Program-made: the position numbers and the translations under genes
The notes under the pieces: model-generated
The model's input: the letters and a program-made list of their open reading frames with translations, nothing else
Databases searched by the model: none
What the model was told of the DNA's origin: nothing
From: Pseudomonadota bacterium
GTDB lineage: Bacteria; Pseudomonadota; Gammaproteobacteria; Burkholderiales; JAJZQI01
Direction: 5' to 3'
DNA: 64,000 nt
NCBI GenBank assembly: GCA_021851875.1
Contig: JAJZQI010000009.1
Coordinates: 40,038-104,037 of the forward strand
Shown here: positions 8,773-18,682 of the stretch, piece by piece
Position numbering within the stretch: the stretch's first letter is position 1
How the letters are laid out: each line of letters begins with the position of its first letter

Positions 8773-11067
8773 TCAGATTTTACCTTCGAGTTGCTGCAAA
8801 AACGCCTCCGGCGGCAGATAACCGACGATGCGGGCGGCAGGAATTTCCTGTCCTTGCGCATCGAAAAAAATGATGCCGGGCGGGCCGAACAGGCTGAATC
8901 GTTTCAGCAGGGCGCGCTGCTCGCTGCCGCTGGCGGTCACGTCAGCCTGCAGCAGCACGGCACCGGCCAATTTGGCCTGAACTTGCGGGTTGCTGAAGGT
9001 AAATCGCTCCAGTTCCTTGCACGATACGCACCAATCGGCGTAGAAATCCAGCATGACCGGTTTGCCCTTGGCTTCCTGCAGGGCCTGATCCAGTTCCGCC
9101 GGTGTGGTGATCTTGCGGAAAGCCAGTTTGCCGGCTTCATTGGAGCCGCCGGCGGTCGCAGCGGCAGCCTGTGCCTCGCCCTGCAGCGGTTGCAGGATGT
9201 CGCGGTGACCTGCCAGGGCGCCCAGCAGCAGGGCGACACCGGTTACCAGGGCGATAATGCCGATGCCTTTCCAGAAGCGCTGGATGCCTTTGGCGTTGAC
9301 CGGCAGCGGATCGATGGCCTTCAGGTACATGGCCGAGACGATCAGCAGGGCGGCCCACAGCAGCATGGCGGCAACGGCCGGGATCACCGGCGATATCAGC
9401 CAGATGGCGACGCCCAGCAGCAATACGCCGAAGAACGACTTGACCGTCTCCATCCAGCCGCCCGCGCGCGGCAGCAGGGCGCCGGCGGATACGCCCACCA
9501 GCAGCAGCGGCACGCCCATGCCCAGCGCCATGCTGTAAAGGGCGGAGCCGCCCAGCCAGACATTGCCGGTCTGGCTGATGTACAGCAGCGCGCCCGCCAG
9601 CGGGGCGGCGACGCAGGGGCCGACGATCACGGCGGACAGCATGCCCATGGTGAACACGCCGGCCAGCTTGCCGCCCTTGATGCGATTGCTGGTCTCGGTA
9701 AAGCGGCTCTGGATGACGCTGGGCATTTGCAGTTCATAAAAGCCGAACATGGAAAGCGACAGCAGGACGAAGATCAGGGCAAAACTGCCCAGTACCCATG
9801 GATTTTGCAGCGCAGCCGACAGCATGGTGCCGGACATGCCCGCGGCAATGCCCGCCAGGGCGTAAGTGATGGCCATGCCCTGCACATAGGCCAGGGAAAG
9901 AATGAAGCCTTTTTTCTTGCTGATGTGCTGGCCTTCGCCGGCGATGATGCCCGACAGAATCGGGATCATGGGGAAGACGCACGGCGTCAGGGCCAGCAGC
10001 AGGCCGGCGCCGAAGAAGAAGGCGACGATCAGCCACCAGTTGCCGGCGGCAAACAGCTGGGCGACCTCGGCAGTCTCGTTGGCGGGCGGTGCGCTTGCCG
10101 CGGCCGCATTCGTGGCGGCTGCCGCTGCTTCAGCCGGGACGCTGGCGGGCGAGGCGGCGGGTGGTTCGGTCAGTGTGCCCGTTTCCACGGCAGCCGGCAG
10201 GATCAGTTTGAACTGCTGCTGTTGCGGCGGGTAGCATACGCCTTTTTCGCTGCAGCCCTGGAAGCTGGCGTCGACGGTGATGTCTGATGCGGTTTTGTCG
10301 GTTCTTTGCAGCGGCACCAGCACGTCGAAATCGTGCTTGTAAATGCTCATCGTGCCGAAGTTGGGATCCTGCTTGCTGATTGCCGCCGGCCAGCTTATCG
10401 GGGCAAGCGAAACGCCCTGGCCGGTCACGCTGAACTTGATCTTGTCACGGTAGAGATAGTAGTTGTCGGCCACTTCAAAATGCGCCAGCAAGGTGTTCGC
10501 GTCACGCACTTTCAGACTGAGCCGGAAAGCTTCTTCCGGCGAGAGGAAGGTGTTCTCCTGGTTGCTTGAGAGCAGCGAGGGCAGCAGGCTGGTCAGCGAT
10601 TTGCTGCTGGTGGAGCTGATGGAGCTGTTCGGCGCGCTGCTCTGGCCGGCGGGAACCTGCATCACCTGGCTGCTTTCCATCGGCGGGTAGCAGACGCCGG
10701 CGTCGGCACAGCCCTGCGCCGTGACCTTCAGGGTGAACTGGCTGGCGCCGGCCGGCAGGGTGACGGGGAGGGTGATGCTGACCTGCTCGCGGTAGACTTC
10801 CGATCCTGCCGGGTGAACTTCATCCTTGAGGATCTTGCCGGGCGGAATGACCGGCTTGCCCAGCTGCGCGTCGGGCGAGCTGAACTTGAACTTGTCGCGG
10901 TAGAGGTAATAGCCCTTGGCCACGGTATAGCGCACCTCCGCCTTGTCGGGCGCCACCATGCGGGCGGAAAACTTGAAGGCGACTTCCGGATCCAGCAGAT
11001 CGGGTTCGTCGATGGCGTGGGCGGTAAAAGATACAAGCCAGAACAGGAGCGCAATGAGAAGGCGCAT
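8773..11067 (-). CDS. dsbD: thiol:disulfide interchange protein DsbD with duplicated N-terminal alpha domain
   Basis: Signal peptide, then two DsbD-alpha-like modules (YYLYRDK...QGCADAGVCYPP and YYLYRDK...QGCSEKGVCYPP). These are followed by a multi-TM core and a C-terminal thioredoxin domain (DFYADWCVSCKELE). 764 aa. Confidence 0.85.
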   Translation of the reverse strand: MRLLIALLFWLVSFTAHAIDEPDLLDPEVAFKFSARMVAPDKAEVRYTVAKGYYLYRDKFKFSSPDAQLGKPVIPPGKILKDEVHPAGSEVYREQVSITLPVTLPAGASQFTLKVTAQGCADAGVCYPPMESSQVMQVPAGQSSAPNSSISSTSSKSLTSLLPSLLSSNQENTFLSPEEAFRLSLKVRDANTLLAHFEVADNYYLYRDKIKFSVTGQGVSLAPISWPAAISKQDPNFGTMSIYKHDFDVLVPLQRTDKTASDITVDASFQGCSEKGVCYPPQQQQFKLILPAAVETGTLTEPPAASPASVPAEAAAAATNAAAASAPPANETAEVAQLFAAGNWWLIVAFFFGAGLLLALTPCVFPMIPILSGIIAGEGQHISKKKGFILSLAYVQGMAITYALAGIAAGMSGTMLSAALQNPWVLGSFALIFVLLSLSMFGFYELQMPSVIQSRFTETSNRIKGGKLAGVFTMGMLSAVIVGPCVAAPLAGALLYISQTGNVWLGGSALYSMALGMGVPLLLVGVSAGALLPRAGGWMETVKSFFGVLLLGVAIWLISPVIPAVAAMLLWAALLIVSAMYLKAIDPLPVNAKGIQRFWKGIGIIALVTGVALLLGALAGHRDILQPLQGEAQAAAATAGGSNEAGKLAFRKITTPAELDQALQEAKGKPVMLDFYADWCVSCKELERFTFSNPQVQAKLAGAVLLQADVTASGSEQRALLKRFSLFGPPGIIFFDAQGQEIPAARIVGYLPPEAFLQQLEGKI

Positions 11068-11076
11068 GATGGATCC

Positions 11077-11403
11077 TCAGACGGTATGCTGCTGCAGCCA
11101 GCCCAGATATGCGGGCAGACCGGCAAGAATTGGGACTGCAATCACTTCCGGAAGTTCATGGGGATGCAGAGCCACAATGGCTTGCTCCACAGCGTCGTAA
11201 CGGTCGCGGGTGGTTTTGATCAGCAGCGGGATCTCGGCAGACGTTTCGACCGCGCCTTGCCAGTGGTACACTGAACTGCAGGGACCGAGGACGTTGACGC
11301 AGGCGGCCAGATGCTGCTGGATGAGCGATTCAGCGATCGCTGTGGCAACGGCCTGATCCGGCACATTGGTGAGGACCAGTAGGGCTGTTTCTGTCGTGTG
11401 CAT
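11077..11403 (-). CDS. cutA: divalent-cation tolerance protein CutA
   Basis: 108 aa with CutA1-like sequence (ACVNVLGPCSSVYHWQGAVE...). Adjacent to dsbD, as in E. coli cutA1-cutA2(dsbD). Confidence 0.8.
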   Translation of the reverse strand: MHTTETALLVLTNVPDQAVATAIAESLIQQHLAACVNVLGPCSSVYHWQGAVETSAEIPLLIKTTRDRYDAVEQAIVALHPHELPEVIAVPILAGLPAYLGWLQQHTV

Positions 11404-11433
11404 GTTTTTTCATATAAATTGCTGTTGAGTGTG

Positions 11434-11853
11434 ATGATTCGATTTCTTTTTATTTTTATTATTCTACTCGTTTTCCCGGTCTTGGAAATATCGCTGTTGA
11501 TCAAGCTGTCCGATCGCTTCGGCTGGTATGTGCTGCTGTATCTGCTGCTGGCGGTTTTTGCCGGGGTTAATCTGATCGTCAGCGAGCGCGGCCAGTTCCC
11601 CTTGCGCATGGCCAGCGCGATCATGCGCGGCGGTTCGCCGTTGCAGGCGCTCTGGCACAGCGGCCGGACGTTGCTGGCGGGCATCTTGCTGATTTTTCCG
11701 GGGGTGATCAGCGACGTGATGGCCTTGTTGCTGCTCCTGTGGGGGTGGCTGGCTACACCGCGCATGCCGGCGCCGTCTGTCGATGATGGGGTGATCGAAG
11801 GCGAATTCCGGCGCGAACTGGATGCGGCATTGCCGCCGGACCGCAAGCCATGA
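11434..11853 (+). CDS. fxsA: FxsA family membrane protein
   Basis: Motifs FPVLEISLLIKLSDRFGW and IFPGVISDVMALLLLL. Start is taken at the internal ATG 11434 because ORF start 11398 overlaps the divergent cutA start. Start position is uncertain. Confidence 0.7.
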   Translation: MIRFLFIFIILLVFPVLEISLLIKLSDRFGWYVLLYLLLAVFAGVNLIVSERGQFPLRMASAIMRGGSPLQALWHSGRTLLAGILLIFPGVISDVMALLLLLWGWLATPRMPAPSVDDGVIEGEFRRELDAALPPDRKP

Positions 11854-12248
11854 GGCTGGCTGGGCGATGGCTGCGCCGTTTTGTGCTGGCGCTGGTTCTG
11901 CTGCTGGCCGTGCCGGCGCTGGCGGACGACGCGCAGGAGCTGTTTCGCCAGCATCGCTCGCATGTCTGGGTTGAGGTCGGCGGCCGCGTCGCGCGCCTGT
12001 TGCCGGATGACAGGCAGGGGGCGCGGCACCAGCGGTTCATTGTGCGGACCGAATCGGGCGTGACGCTGTTGGTCGCGCACAATATTGATCTGGCGCAACG
12101 GGCGCCGGTGCGCGTGGGCGATACGGTGAAGCTGCGGGGGGAATACATCTGGAACCGCCAGGGCGGTATTCTTCACTGGACCCATCGCGATCCGCAGCAG
12201 CGTCATCCCGGCGGCTGGATTGAAACGCCGCAGGGGCGGGTGCAATGA
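11850..12248 (+). CDS. DUF3465-like secreted protein
   Basis: Signal peptide ending ALADD. Motifs HQRFIVRTESGVTLLVAHNIDLA and GGILHWTHRD. The ATG overlaps the fxsA stop (ATGA). Confidence 0.6.
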   Translation: MRLAGRWLRRFVLALVLLLAVPALADDAQELFRQHRSHVWVEVGGRVARLLPDDRQGARHQRFIVRTESGVTLLVAHNIDLAQRAPVRVGDTVKLRGEYIWNRQGGILHWTHRDPQQRHPGGWIETPQGRVQ

Positions 12249-12290
12249 TGACAGGGTGAGATGACGGGATCGAGGACTGAGTAAGAAATC

Positions 12291-13160
12291 CTAGTCCCGG
12301 GTCTCCAATAAACGCCCTACCGTCGGATATCGTAAATTGGCATGAAGCTCCTCGTGTAGACGGCGGTTATCCAGTTGGCGTGACTCGGCAAGGAACGACA
12401 TTTGCAGTGCGCTGACCCGGCCGGCCAGCTCGACGCGCGACAGGCGCGGCGGACGCGGCAGGCCGGCGTAGTCGGCTACCTGATCGAAATAGTCGCCCAT
12501 TTTGAGCGGCTGGTCGTCGCTGGCATGGTAGACCCGGCAAGGGCGGGCGCGCCAAAGCGCCAGGATGGCCAGGCGTGCCAGGTCGTCGGCATGGATATGG
12601 TTGCTGTAGCTGTCTTCTGCCGGCAACAGCGCCGGCGTATGGTTGTGCAGGCGCTGCAGCGGCAGGCGGTCGCGGGCGTAAATGCCCGGGGCGCGCAGGA
12701 TGCCCAGACGGATGCGGCGCTGCCGCGCCCAGCGGCGCAGGGTGCGCTCGGCCTGCAGCCGGCGTTCGCCGCGGGCGGTGACCGGCCGGGGCGGGCGGGT
12801 TTCCTGCACCCGCTCACCCCGGCAGTCGCCATACACGCCGCTGGTACTGATATAGCTGAAGCGATATGGTACACTCCCCCGCTGCGACAGAGCGAGCGTC
12901 AGATGGCGCGTGCGCGTGTCGTGCGTGCCGCCGTCGGGGGGCGGCGCCATGTGAATGACCTGCTGAGCCAGCCCGGCCAGCCGTTTCAGGCTGCGGTAGT
13001 CGTCCAGGTCGCCGCTGATCGGGATAACGCCTTTGGCGCGCCAGTCCGCCGCCGCTTCGGCGCGGCGGACCAGTACATAGACACGCTGATAGCGTTGCAG
13101 CATTTCCGGTGGCAGGCGCTGAGCGACATCGCCCGCACCGATAATAAGTAGTCGTTGCAT
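12291..13160 (-). CDS. NAD(P)-dependent epimerase/dehydratase-family oxidoreductase
   Basis: N-terminal Rossmann motif MQRLLIIGAGDVAQRL. Length and layout fit an atypical SDR. Specific substrate unknown. Confidence 0.6.
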   Translation of the reverse strand: MQRLLIIGAGDVAQRLPPEMLQRYQRVYVLVRRAEAAADWRAKGVIPISGDLDDYRSLKRLAGLAQQVIHMAPPPDGGTHDTRTRHLTLALSQRGSVPYRFSYISTSGVYGDCRGERVQETRPPRPVTARGERRLQAERTLRRWARQRRIRLGILRAPGIYARDRLPLQRLHNHTPALLPAEDSYSNHIHADDLARLAILALWRARPCRVYHASDDQPLKMGDYFDQVADYAGLPRPPRLSRVELAGRVSALQMSFLAESRQLDNRRLHEELHANLRYPTVGRLLETRD

Positions 13161-13184
13161 TACGCAAGTTTAGAGGGAAGTCAT

Positions 13185-14216
13185 ATGCCGCATCAAATCA
13201 CGATTCAGCCCAGTGGCCATACATTGCAGGCCCATGCGGACGAAACCATCCTGCAGGCTGCCCTGCGTGAAGGCTATGCGCTGCCGTACGGCTGCCGCAA
13301 CGGCGCCTGCGGCGCCTGCAAGGGCAAGGTGCTGGAAGGTTCGGTTGATTACGGCGCATACCAGCCGAATGCCTTGCCGCAGTCCGATATCGATGCCGGT
13401 TATGCCTTGTTCTGCTGCGCCCATCCGCAGTCGGACGTGGTGATTGAATGTCGTGAAGTGGGCGCGGCCAAGGATATTCAGATCAAAACGCTGCCTTGCC
13501 GCGTGCAGGTCATGGACAAACGCGCGCACGACGTGATGGTGCTGCAGCTGAAATTGCCGGCGACCGAACGGCTGCAGTTCCTGGCGGGGCAGTATATCGA
13601 CATCCTGCTGCGCGACGGGCGCCGCCGCAGCTTTTCGATCGCCAACGCGCCGCATAACGACGAATTCCTTGAGTTGCATGTTCGCCACATACCGGGCGGG
13701 CATTTCACCGGTCATGTGTTCGAAAAAATGAAGGAAAAGGATCTGCTGCGCTTTGAAGGTCCGTTGGGCACCTTTTTCCTGCGCGAGGGCGAAGAATACG
13801 ACAAGCCGATCATCTTTGTGGCCGGCGGAACCGGTTTTGCACCCATCAAGGGCATGCTGGAACACGCCTTCCATGCGCAAGACCAGCGTGAAATAGTGCT
13901 CTACTGGGGTGTTCGCAGCCTGCAGGATCTTTACATGGCTGAACTGCCGGCCAGGTGGCAGGCCGAGCATGCCAATTTCACCTTCATTCCGGTGTTGTCG
14001 GAAGCCAGGCCGGAGGACAATTGGCAAGGCCGCAGCGGGCTGGTGCACGAAGCCGTGATGGCCGATTTTGCAGATTTAGCGGGCTTTGATGTGTACGCCT
14101 GCGGCAACCCGCTGATGGTGGAGGCCGTGCACATGGGCTTACGCGCAAAAGGGTTGCAGGAGGACAGCTTCTACTCCGACGCCTTCCTGTTCGAAGACCC
14201 GACCAAGGGGGACTGA
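13185..14216 (+). CDS. 2Fe-2S ferredoxin / FNR-family NAD(P)H-flavin oxidoreductase
   Basis: GAGGGAAG RBS before ATG 13185. Plant-type cluster motif CRNGACGACKGKV, flavin motif RSFSIAN and NAD motif FVAGGTGFAPIKG. Confidence 0.8.
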   Translation: MPHQITIQPSGHTLQAHADETILQAALREGYALPYGCRNGACGACKGKVLEGSVDYGAYQPNALPQSDIDAGYALFCCAHPQSDVVIECREVGAAKDIQIKTLPCRVQVMDKRAHDVMVLQLKLPATERLQFLAGQYIDILLRDGRRRSFSIANAPHNDEFLELHVRHIPGGHFTGHVFEKMKEKDLLRFEGPLGTFFLREGEEYDKPIIFVAGGTGFAPIKGMLEHAFHAQDQREIVLYWGVRSLQDLYMAELPARWQAEHANFTFIPVLSEARPEDNWQGRSGLVHEAVMADFADLAGFDVYACGNPLMVEAVHMGLRAKGLQEDSFYSDAFLFEDPTKGD

Positions 14217-14222
14217 GTCTGC

Positions 14223-15404
14223 TCAGTCGCGTTGCGCGCTGGCACGCAACGCCGAACGGTAGTGTTCACAGGCCGCCTGCGGGCGGCCTGACTTTTCTTC
14301 CAGCCGGCCGAGCGCCTCGAGTGTTGCGCTCGTTTCGGCCAGCGCCAGGCTTTGCTTTAAGTAATGTTCCGCCTTGCCCCACAGCTGGGCATCCAGGCAG
14401 AGCTGCCCGAGCGAACGCAACAGACCTGCGTCTTGCGGGTGTTGTTTCAGCCAGTTTTCCGCTTTCTCCAGCAGCGGGGTCGGGTCGTCTGAGTGGCAGC
14501 CGCCATACAGGGCTGCCAGGCGGCTATCCCAATGCGCCGTGAGTGCCTCATCCAGCAGTTCCCGCGCCAATGCGCAGTGACCCGTGTCTTGCAGGACCTG
14601 TACGACCGGCGCGACGAAGTCGGGATGTATTTGCTCTTCCGGCGATAAGCGTTTCCAACTGTTGCGGGCCGTGTCGGTCTGGTCGGCCGCCTGCTTGCGC
14701 ATCAGTGCGACAATGGCCTGGCGGCGGAATTGCTGCAGCATCAATTCATTGCCGTCTCTGTCGGCCAGTTCCTTGCTGAGATCGAGTACGGCGGGCCAGT
14801 TCCTGAGCTGATGTTGCAGTTTCAGTTCACTTAAAGCCAGGGCGGCATTGCGCCGGTCAACCCGGCGCAGGCGCTGCACCTCGTCCAGCGCTTCGGCGTA
14901 GCGCCGCTGCTCGGTCCACAGGCTGGCGCGGGTGATGGCGGCAGGCAGAGCCCAGGGAGAGTCGGGGTGGTCGAGCTCGGCCAGGTAGCCGTCGCGCCGA
15001 TCCCAGGCTTTCAGTTGATGGGCCGACAGTGCGGCGATCAGGCCGGCAAGGGCCGGGGCATGCGGTTGCTGCAACAGTTCGGCGGCGGTTTTTTCGGCTC
15101 TGTTGTAGCGCTGCTCAAACCAGGCAATCAGGCTGGTCTCCAGCAAGTGGCGGTTTTTCCCTTCGTGCCGACGGGTGTGGTAGGCGCGCACGGTGGCCGG
15201 CAGGTTGAGCGTGCCGATCGCCAAGCGCACCAGCAGGTAAAAAACACCCAGGCCGGCCAGCAGCAGGACGGTAAAGAACGACAGGGCCATTTCCACCCGC
15301 CAGGGCGGGTAGACCATGACGACATAGCCGCTGTGATGCAGTGTAGCCAGGGCGAAGCCGACCGCGGTGCTGAACAGCAGCAGCAGCCACAGTATGCCTT
15401 TCAT
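14223..15404 (-). CDS. hemY: HemY-like TPR membrane protein
   Basis: Two N-terminal TM segments then TPR-like helices. Last gene of the hemC-hemD-hemX-hemY run. The ATG overlaps the hemX stop (ATGA). Confidence 0.8.
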   Translation of the reverse strand: MKGILWLLLLFSTAVGFALATLHHSGYVVMVYPPWRVEMALSFFTVLLLAGLGVFYLLVRLAIGTLNLPATVRAYHTRRHEGKNRHLLETSLIAWFEQRYNRAEKTAAELLQQPHAPALAGLIAALSAHQLKAWDRRDGYLAELDHPDSPWALPAAITRASLWTEQRRYAEALDEVQRLRRVDRRNAALALSELKLQHQLRNWPAVLDLSKELADRDGNELMLQQFRRQAIVALMRKQAADQTDTARNSWKRLSPEEQIHPDFVAPVVQVLQDTGHCALARELLDEALTAHWDSRLAALYGGCHSDDPTPLLEKAENWLKQHPQDAGLLRSLGQLCLDAQLWGKAEHYLKQSLALAETSATLEALGRLEEKSGRPQAACEHYRSALRASAQRD

Positions 15405-16390
15405 TGTGCCGGCCTTTCGTTTTTCAGCAGGGTCAGGGCGTTGAGGCTGGCGGACAGGTCCGGCAGGGGCGTGTCGATCGGCGCACGTTGCAGGGTGCGC
15501 AGTTGCCGGCGGGCATCGATCACGGCCGGATCCTTGCGGTCGAAGTAGCGGTCGAGCATCTGGCCGGCTATATCCAGGTCGTTCCGGTAGGTTTGCGCGT
15601 CACGCTGGAGTAGGGCCAAACGGCCGCTTAGCAGGTGCAGGCGCAGGTTTTCGTGCACGAAATAAGCTTCCGTCGGAGGCAGCACGGGCGCTTCGCCCTG
15701 GATGCGGCGGATTTGCACCAGGCCGCGAATATCGCGCCACAGGCTCTGACTGAACTGCAGCCAGCGGTTGCTGGCGGGCGTTGACCGAACGGGAGCGGCG
15801 GGAGCGGGCTGGTGGCGCAAATCGAAATTGAGCGGCAGTTGCTGCGCCTCTTCCGCCAGCTGCGACAGGCGCAGCGACAGGCCGGTCGTGTCGAGATAGG
15901 GTTCCGCTTTCAGGGTGGCGATATCCTGCCCCAGGGCGCGGCGCAAGCTGAAATACTTCGGCTGGTTGGCGGCGTCGAGGCGGCTGGCCGCGGTCTCCAG
16001 CGCGATCAGGGCGGTTTTGACGTTGCCCGAGCGCTGCAGTTCCTGGTTGGCGATGTTGAGTAGGTGTTCGATTTCGCCCTGCAGCCAGTCGCCTTGTCCC
16101 TGAGTCAGCTGTTTGTACAGGTTTTGCAGCTCAATCTGCTGCTGTTGCGTACTGGCCAGCCGGGTTTCCACGTCGGCCAGCCGGCTGGTGGCGTCGCGCA
16201 GCTTGTCGTTGGCCAGCAATGCCCGCTGCTGGGCCGCCCGGCTTTGCTGTTCCGCCTGGGTCAGGCGCATGGCCAGCAACTCCTGCTGCGAGTCGAGTAT
16301 CCGGCCGGTGTCGAACCACTGCCATAATGCCACTGCCAGCGCGGCGCCGGACAGAATAAACGGCAGTCGGATTTTCCAGTAGCTCGACAC
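15401..16390 (-). CDS. hemX: HemX-like membrane protein (uroporphyrinogen-III methyltransferase-like)
   Basis: GTG 16390 is preceded by GAGGA and lies just after the hemD stop. One TM segment (LPFILSGAALAVALWQWF) then a coiled-coil region. The upstream 99 codons of ORF 15401..16687 overlap hemD out of frame. Confidence 0.75.
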   Translation of the reverse strand: MSSYWKIRLPFILSGAALAVALWQWFDTGRILDSQQELLAMRLTQAEQQSRAAQQRALLANDKLRDATSRLADVETRLASTQQQQIELQNLYKQLTQGQGDWLQGEIEHLLNIANQELQRSGNVKTALIALETAASRLDAANQPKYFSLRRALGQDIATLKAEPYLDTTGLSLRLSQLAEEAQQLPLNFDLRHQPAPAAPVRSTPASNRWLQFSQSLWRDIRGLVQIRRIQGEAPVLPPTEAYFVHENLRLHLLSGRLALLQRDAQTYRNDLDIAGQMLDRYFDRKDPAVIDARRQLRTLQRAPIDTPLPDLSASLNALTLLKNERPAQ

Positions 16391-16401
16391 AGTGTGGGTC
16401 C

Positions 16402-17178
16402 TCAGGCGGATGCGAACCAGTGCGCCATGCTCTCGACCATGCCTTCGTCCCCTTGCGGCGTGACATGCACGGATTCCAGCCCCATGCTGCGGGCGGCTTC
16501 GGCGATGCGCTCGTGCGGCACGAACAGCGGCGTGGTCATCAGCCACTGGCGGGCCAGTTTGCCGACCATGTCGTACAGGTTGTGCAGGCCTTCGACGCTG
16601 GTGACCGTGATGGCGGACAGTTCGTTGCGTGCCCAGTGGCGCAGCAGGACGGCCGAGCTGGCATCCGGCCGGGCGCGCCGGTAGCATTCGGCATATTCGA
16701 TCAGGGCGCCGCGTTCGATCAGGGTGTCGCCGAGGAATTCGCGGCCGCCGTCGCCGCGGAAGATGACGATTTTCTGGCCCTGGATGTCGGCGAATTGCGG
16801 CAGCGCCAGCAGGTTCTCGCTGTCGAAACGGGTGGTGGGGGCGACCACGTCGGTAATACCCAGATCACGCAGTTCGCGCGTGCTGCCGCGGCCGATGGCG
16901 GCCAGTTTGAGCGTGTCCGGCAGGCTGCGGCGGGCGCGTATCAGGTTGATGGCCTTGCGTACGGCGTTTGGGCTGATGAAGATGGCCCAGTTAAACTGTT
17001 CCAGCCGGTCGATGATGTCGTTGAGCGGTTTCAGATCGTTGATGTCGACGATTTCCAGTACCGGGAACAGCAGCGGTTTGCCGCCCTGGGCGCGAATCAG
17101 CTCGGCCATGTGCTGGGCCTGCTCGGCCGGGCGGGTGACCACGATGGTACGGCCGGCCAGCGGCTGTGCAGCGGTCAT
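16402..17178 (-). CDS. hemD: uroporphyrinogen-III synthase
   Basis: MTAAQPLAGRTIVVTRPAEQA... The ATG overlaps the hemC stop (ATGA at 17175-17178). The 111 upstream codons in the ORF are an artefact. Confidence 0.85.
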   Translation of the reverse strand: MTAAQPLAGRTIVVTRPAEQAQHMAELIRAQGGKPLLFPVLEIVDINDLKPLNDIIDRLEQFNWAIFISPNAVRKAINLIRARRSLPDTLKLAAIGRGSTRELRDLGITDVVAPTTRFDSENLLALPQFADIQGQKIVIFRGDGGREFLGDTLIERGALIEYAECYRRARPDASSAVLLRHWARNELSAITVTSVEGLHNLYDMVGKLARQWLMTTPLFVPHERIAEAARSMGLESVHVTPQGDEGMVESMAHWFASA

Positions 17179-18125
17179 GCGGCCGGTCCTTCCCGGGCGT
17201 CGCTCAGTTCGGCCAGGATTTCGCCGGCGCCGCGCTTGAGCAGCGCTTCGGCGACCGCCACGCCGGTGGCTGCGGGAGTGCTGATGGGGCCGTGGGCCGA
17301 CTCGGCAATGAGCGTGCTGCCGTCCGGTCGGGCGACAAAGCCGCGCAGAATAATCTGGTTGTTGCCGGCGGTGGCGTAGCCGCCCAGCGGCACCTGGCAG
17401 CTGCCGGCCAGGCGCAGGCTCATGGCGCGTTCGGCAGTGACGCAGGCGGCGGTGACCGGGTGGTTGAGCGGGCTCAGCAGCTGCAGCAGATCGCTGCGGT
17501 CGGCGCGGCATTCGATGCCCAACGCGCCCTGGCCGACGGCCGGCAGGCTGTCTTCCGGCTCGATGATCTGGGTGATGCGATCGGCGAAACCCAGCCGCTT
17601 GAGCCCGGCCGCCGCCAGGATAATGGCATCATATTGACCTTCGTCCAGCTTGCGCAGGCGGGTGTTGACGTTGCCGCGCAGCATCTCGATTTTCAGCTGC
17701 GGGTAGCGCGCCAGGATCTGACTTTGGCGCCGCAGGCTGGAGGTGCCGACCACGCTGCCGGGCGGCAGATCGGCCAGGCTGGCGTATTGGTGTGACAGGA
17801 AAGCGTCGCGCGGGTCTTCGCGCTGGCCGATGGCGGCCAGGGCAAAACCGGGCGGCAGTTCCATCGGCACATCTTTCATGGAATGAACGGCGATGTCGGC
17901 CCGTCCTTCCTGCATGGCTTGTTCCAGTTCCTTGACGAACAGGCCTTTGCCGCCGATGCGGCTCAAGGGGGAGTCGAGCAGTTGGTCGCCCTTGGTGGTC
18001 ATGCCCAGAATGCGTACCGGCAATTCGGGGTATAATTCCGCCAGGCGTGCGCGAATGTGTTCTGCCTGCCACATGGCAAGCGCGCTTTCGCGGCTGGCGA
18101 TTACGAGTTCCTTGCGGGTGCTCAC
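17175..18125 (-). CDS. hemC: porphobilinogen deaminase (hydroxymethylbilane synthase)
   Basis: Motifs ELVIASRESALAMWQAEH, GNVNTRLRKLDEGQYDAIILAAAGLKRLG and the cofactor Cys region AGSCQVPLG. GTG start. Confidence 0.92.
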   Translation of the reverse strand: MSTRKELVIASRESALAMWQAEHIRARLAELYPELPVRILGMTTKGDQLLDSPLSRIGGKGLFVKELEQAMQEGRADIAVHSMKDVPMELPPGFALAAIGQREDPRDAFLSHQYASLADLPPGSVVGTSSLRRQSQILARYPQLKIEMLRGNVNTRLRKLDEGQYDAIILAAAGLKRLGFADRITQIIEPEDSLPAVGQGALGIECRADRSDLLQLLSPLNHPVTAACVTAERAMSLRLAGSCQVPLGGYATAGNNQIILRGFVARPDGSTLIAESAHGPISTPAATGVAVAEALLKRGAGEILAELSDAREGPAA

Positions 18126-18190
18126 CGGTGTTTCCTAACAGTCTGAAACCGCCGTATCAGGGCGGTGTTGTGTCATGTGGGTTTAAGATT

Positions 18191-18670
18191 ATGCGCACGA
18201 AATTATTTGTACGGCTCGTTTCAATTTTAGCATGCTTCCTTCTTGCGTTGCCGGTTGCCGCCGATAACCTGAAGGAAGGCAGTGATTTGCAGGCCGACGG
18301 CAGGTTGGCCAGCAGCAAGCGTGTGCCGGTGCTGGTGCTGTTCATGGCGCCGGATTGCCGCTATTGCGAGCGGGTGTTGAACGAGTTCCTGCTGCCCATG
18401 CAGCGCAATCGTGAATATGATGCCAAGGTGCTGATGCGCCAGATCGACATCACCAGCGATGCGCCGATGAAGGATTTCAAGGGTAACGTGACGACCGAAC
18501 GCGCCTTTGCCGCAGCCAACAAGGTGCGCGTTACGCCCACAGTCAAATTTTTCCTGCCTTCCGGCGAAAAGGGGGCGGACCAGATTGTCGGCCTGCTGAC
18601 GGTCGATTTCTACGGCGGTTACCTGGACAGCGCGATCGACGAGGCGCGCCAGAAACTGCAGTCGCAGTAA
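18191..18670 (+). CDS. periplasmic thioredoxin-fold protein (CRYC motif)
   Basis: Signal peptide MRTKLFVRLVSILACFLLALPVAA. Redox motif in VLVLFMAPDCRYCERVLNEF. The upstream 48 codons of the ORF overlap the hemC start region. Confidence 0.65.
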   Translation: MRTKLFVRLVSILACFLLALPVAADNLKEGSDLQADGRLASSKRVPVLVLFMAPDCRYCERVLNEFLLPMQRNREYDAKVLMRQIDITSDAPMKDFKGNVTTERAFAAANKVRVTPTVKFFLPSGEKGADQIVGLLTVDFYGGYLDSAIDEARQKLQSQ

Positions 18671-18682
18671 GCCGGTTTTTCC

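Noticed and set aside
12249-12290. GAGGACTGAG segment in the 11850..12248 / 12291..13160 convergent gap as a fourth copy of the heptamer-element core
   Set aside because: Only about 9 nt match, with a 5-bp GGACT/AGTCC hairpin. There is no array and no extended core similarity. It is most simply a short terminator-like hairpin.
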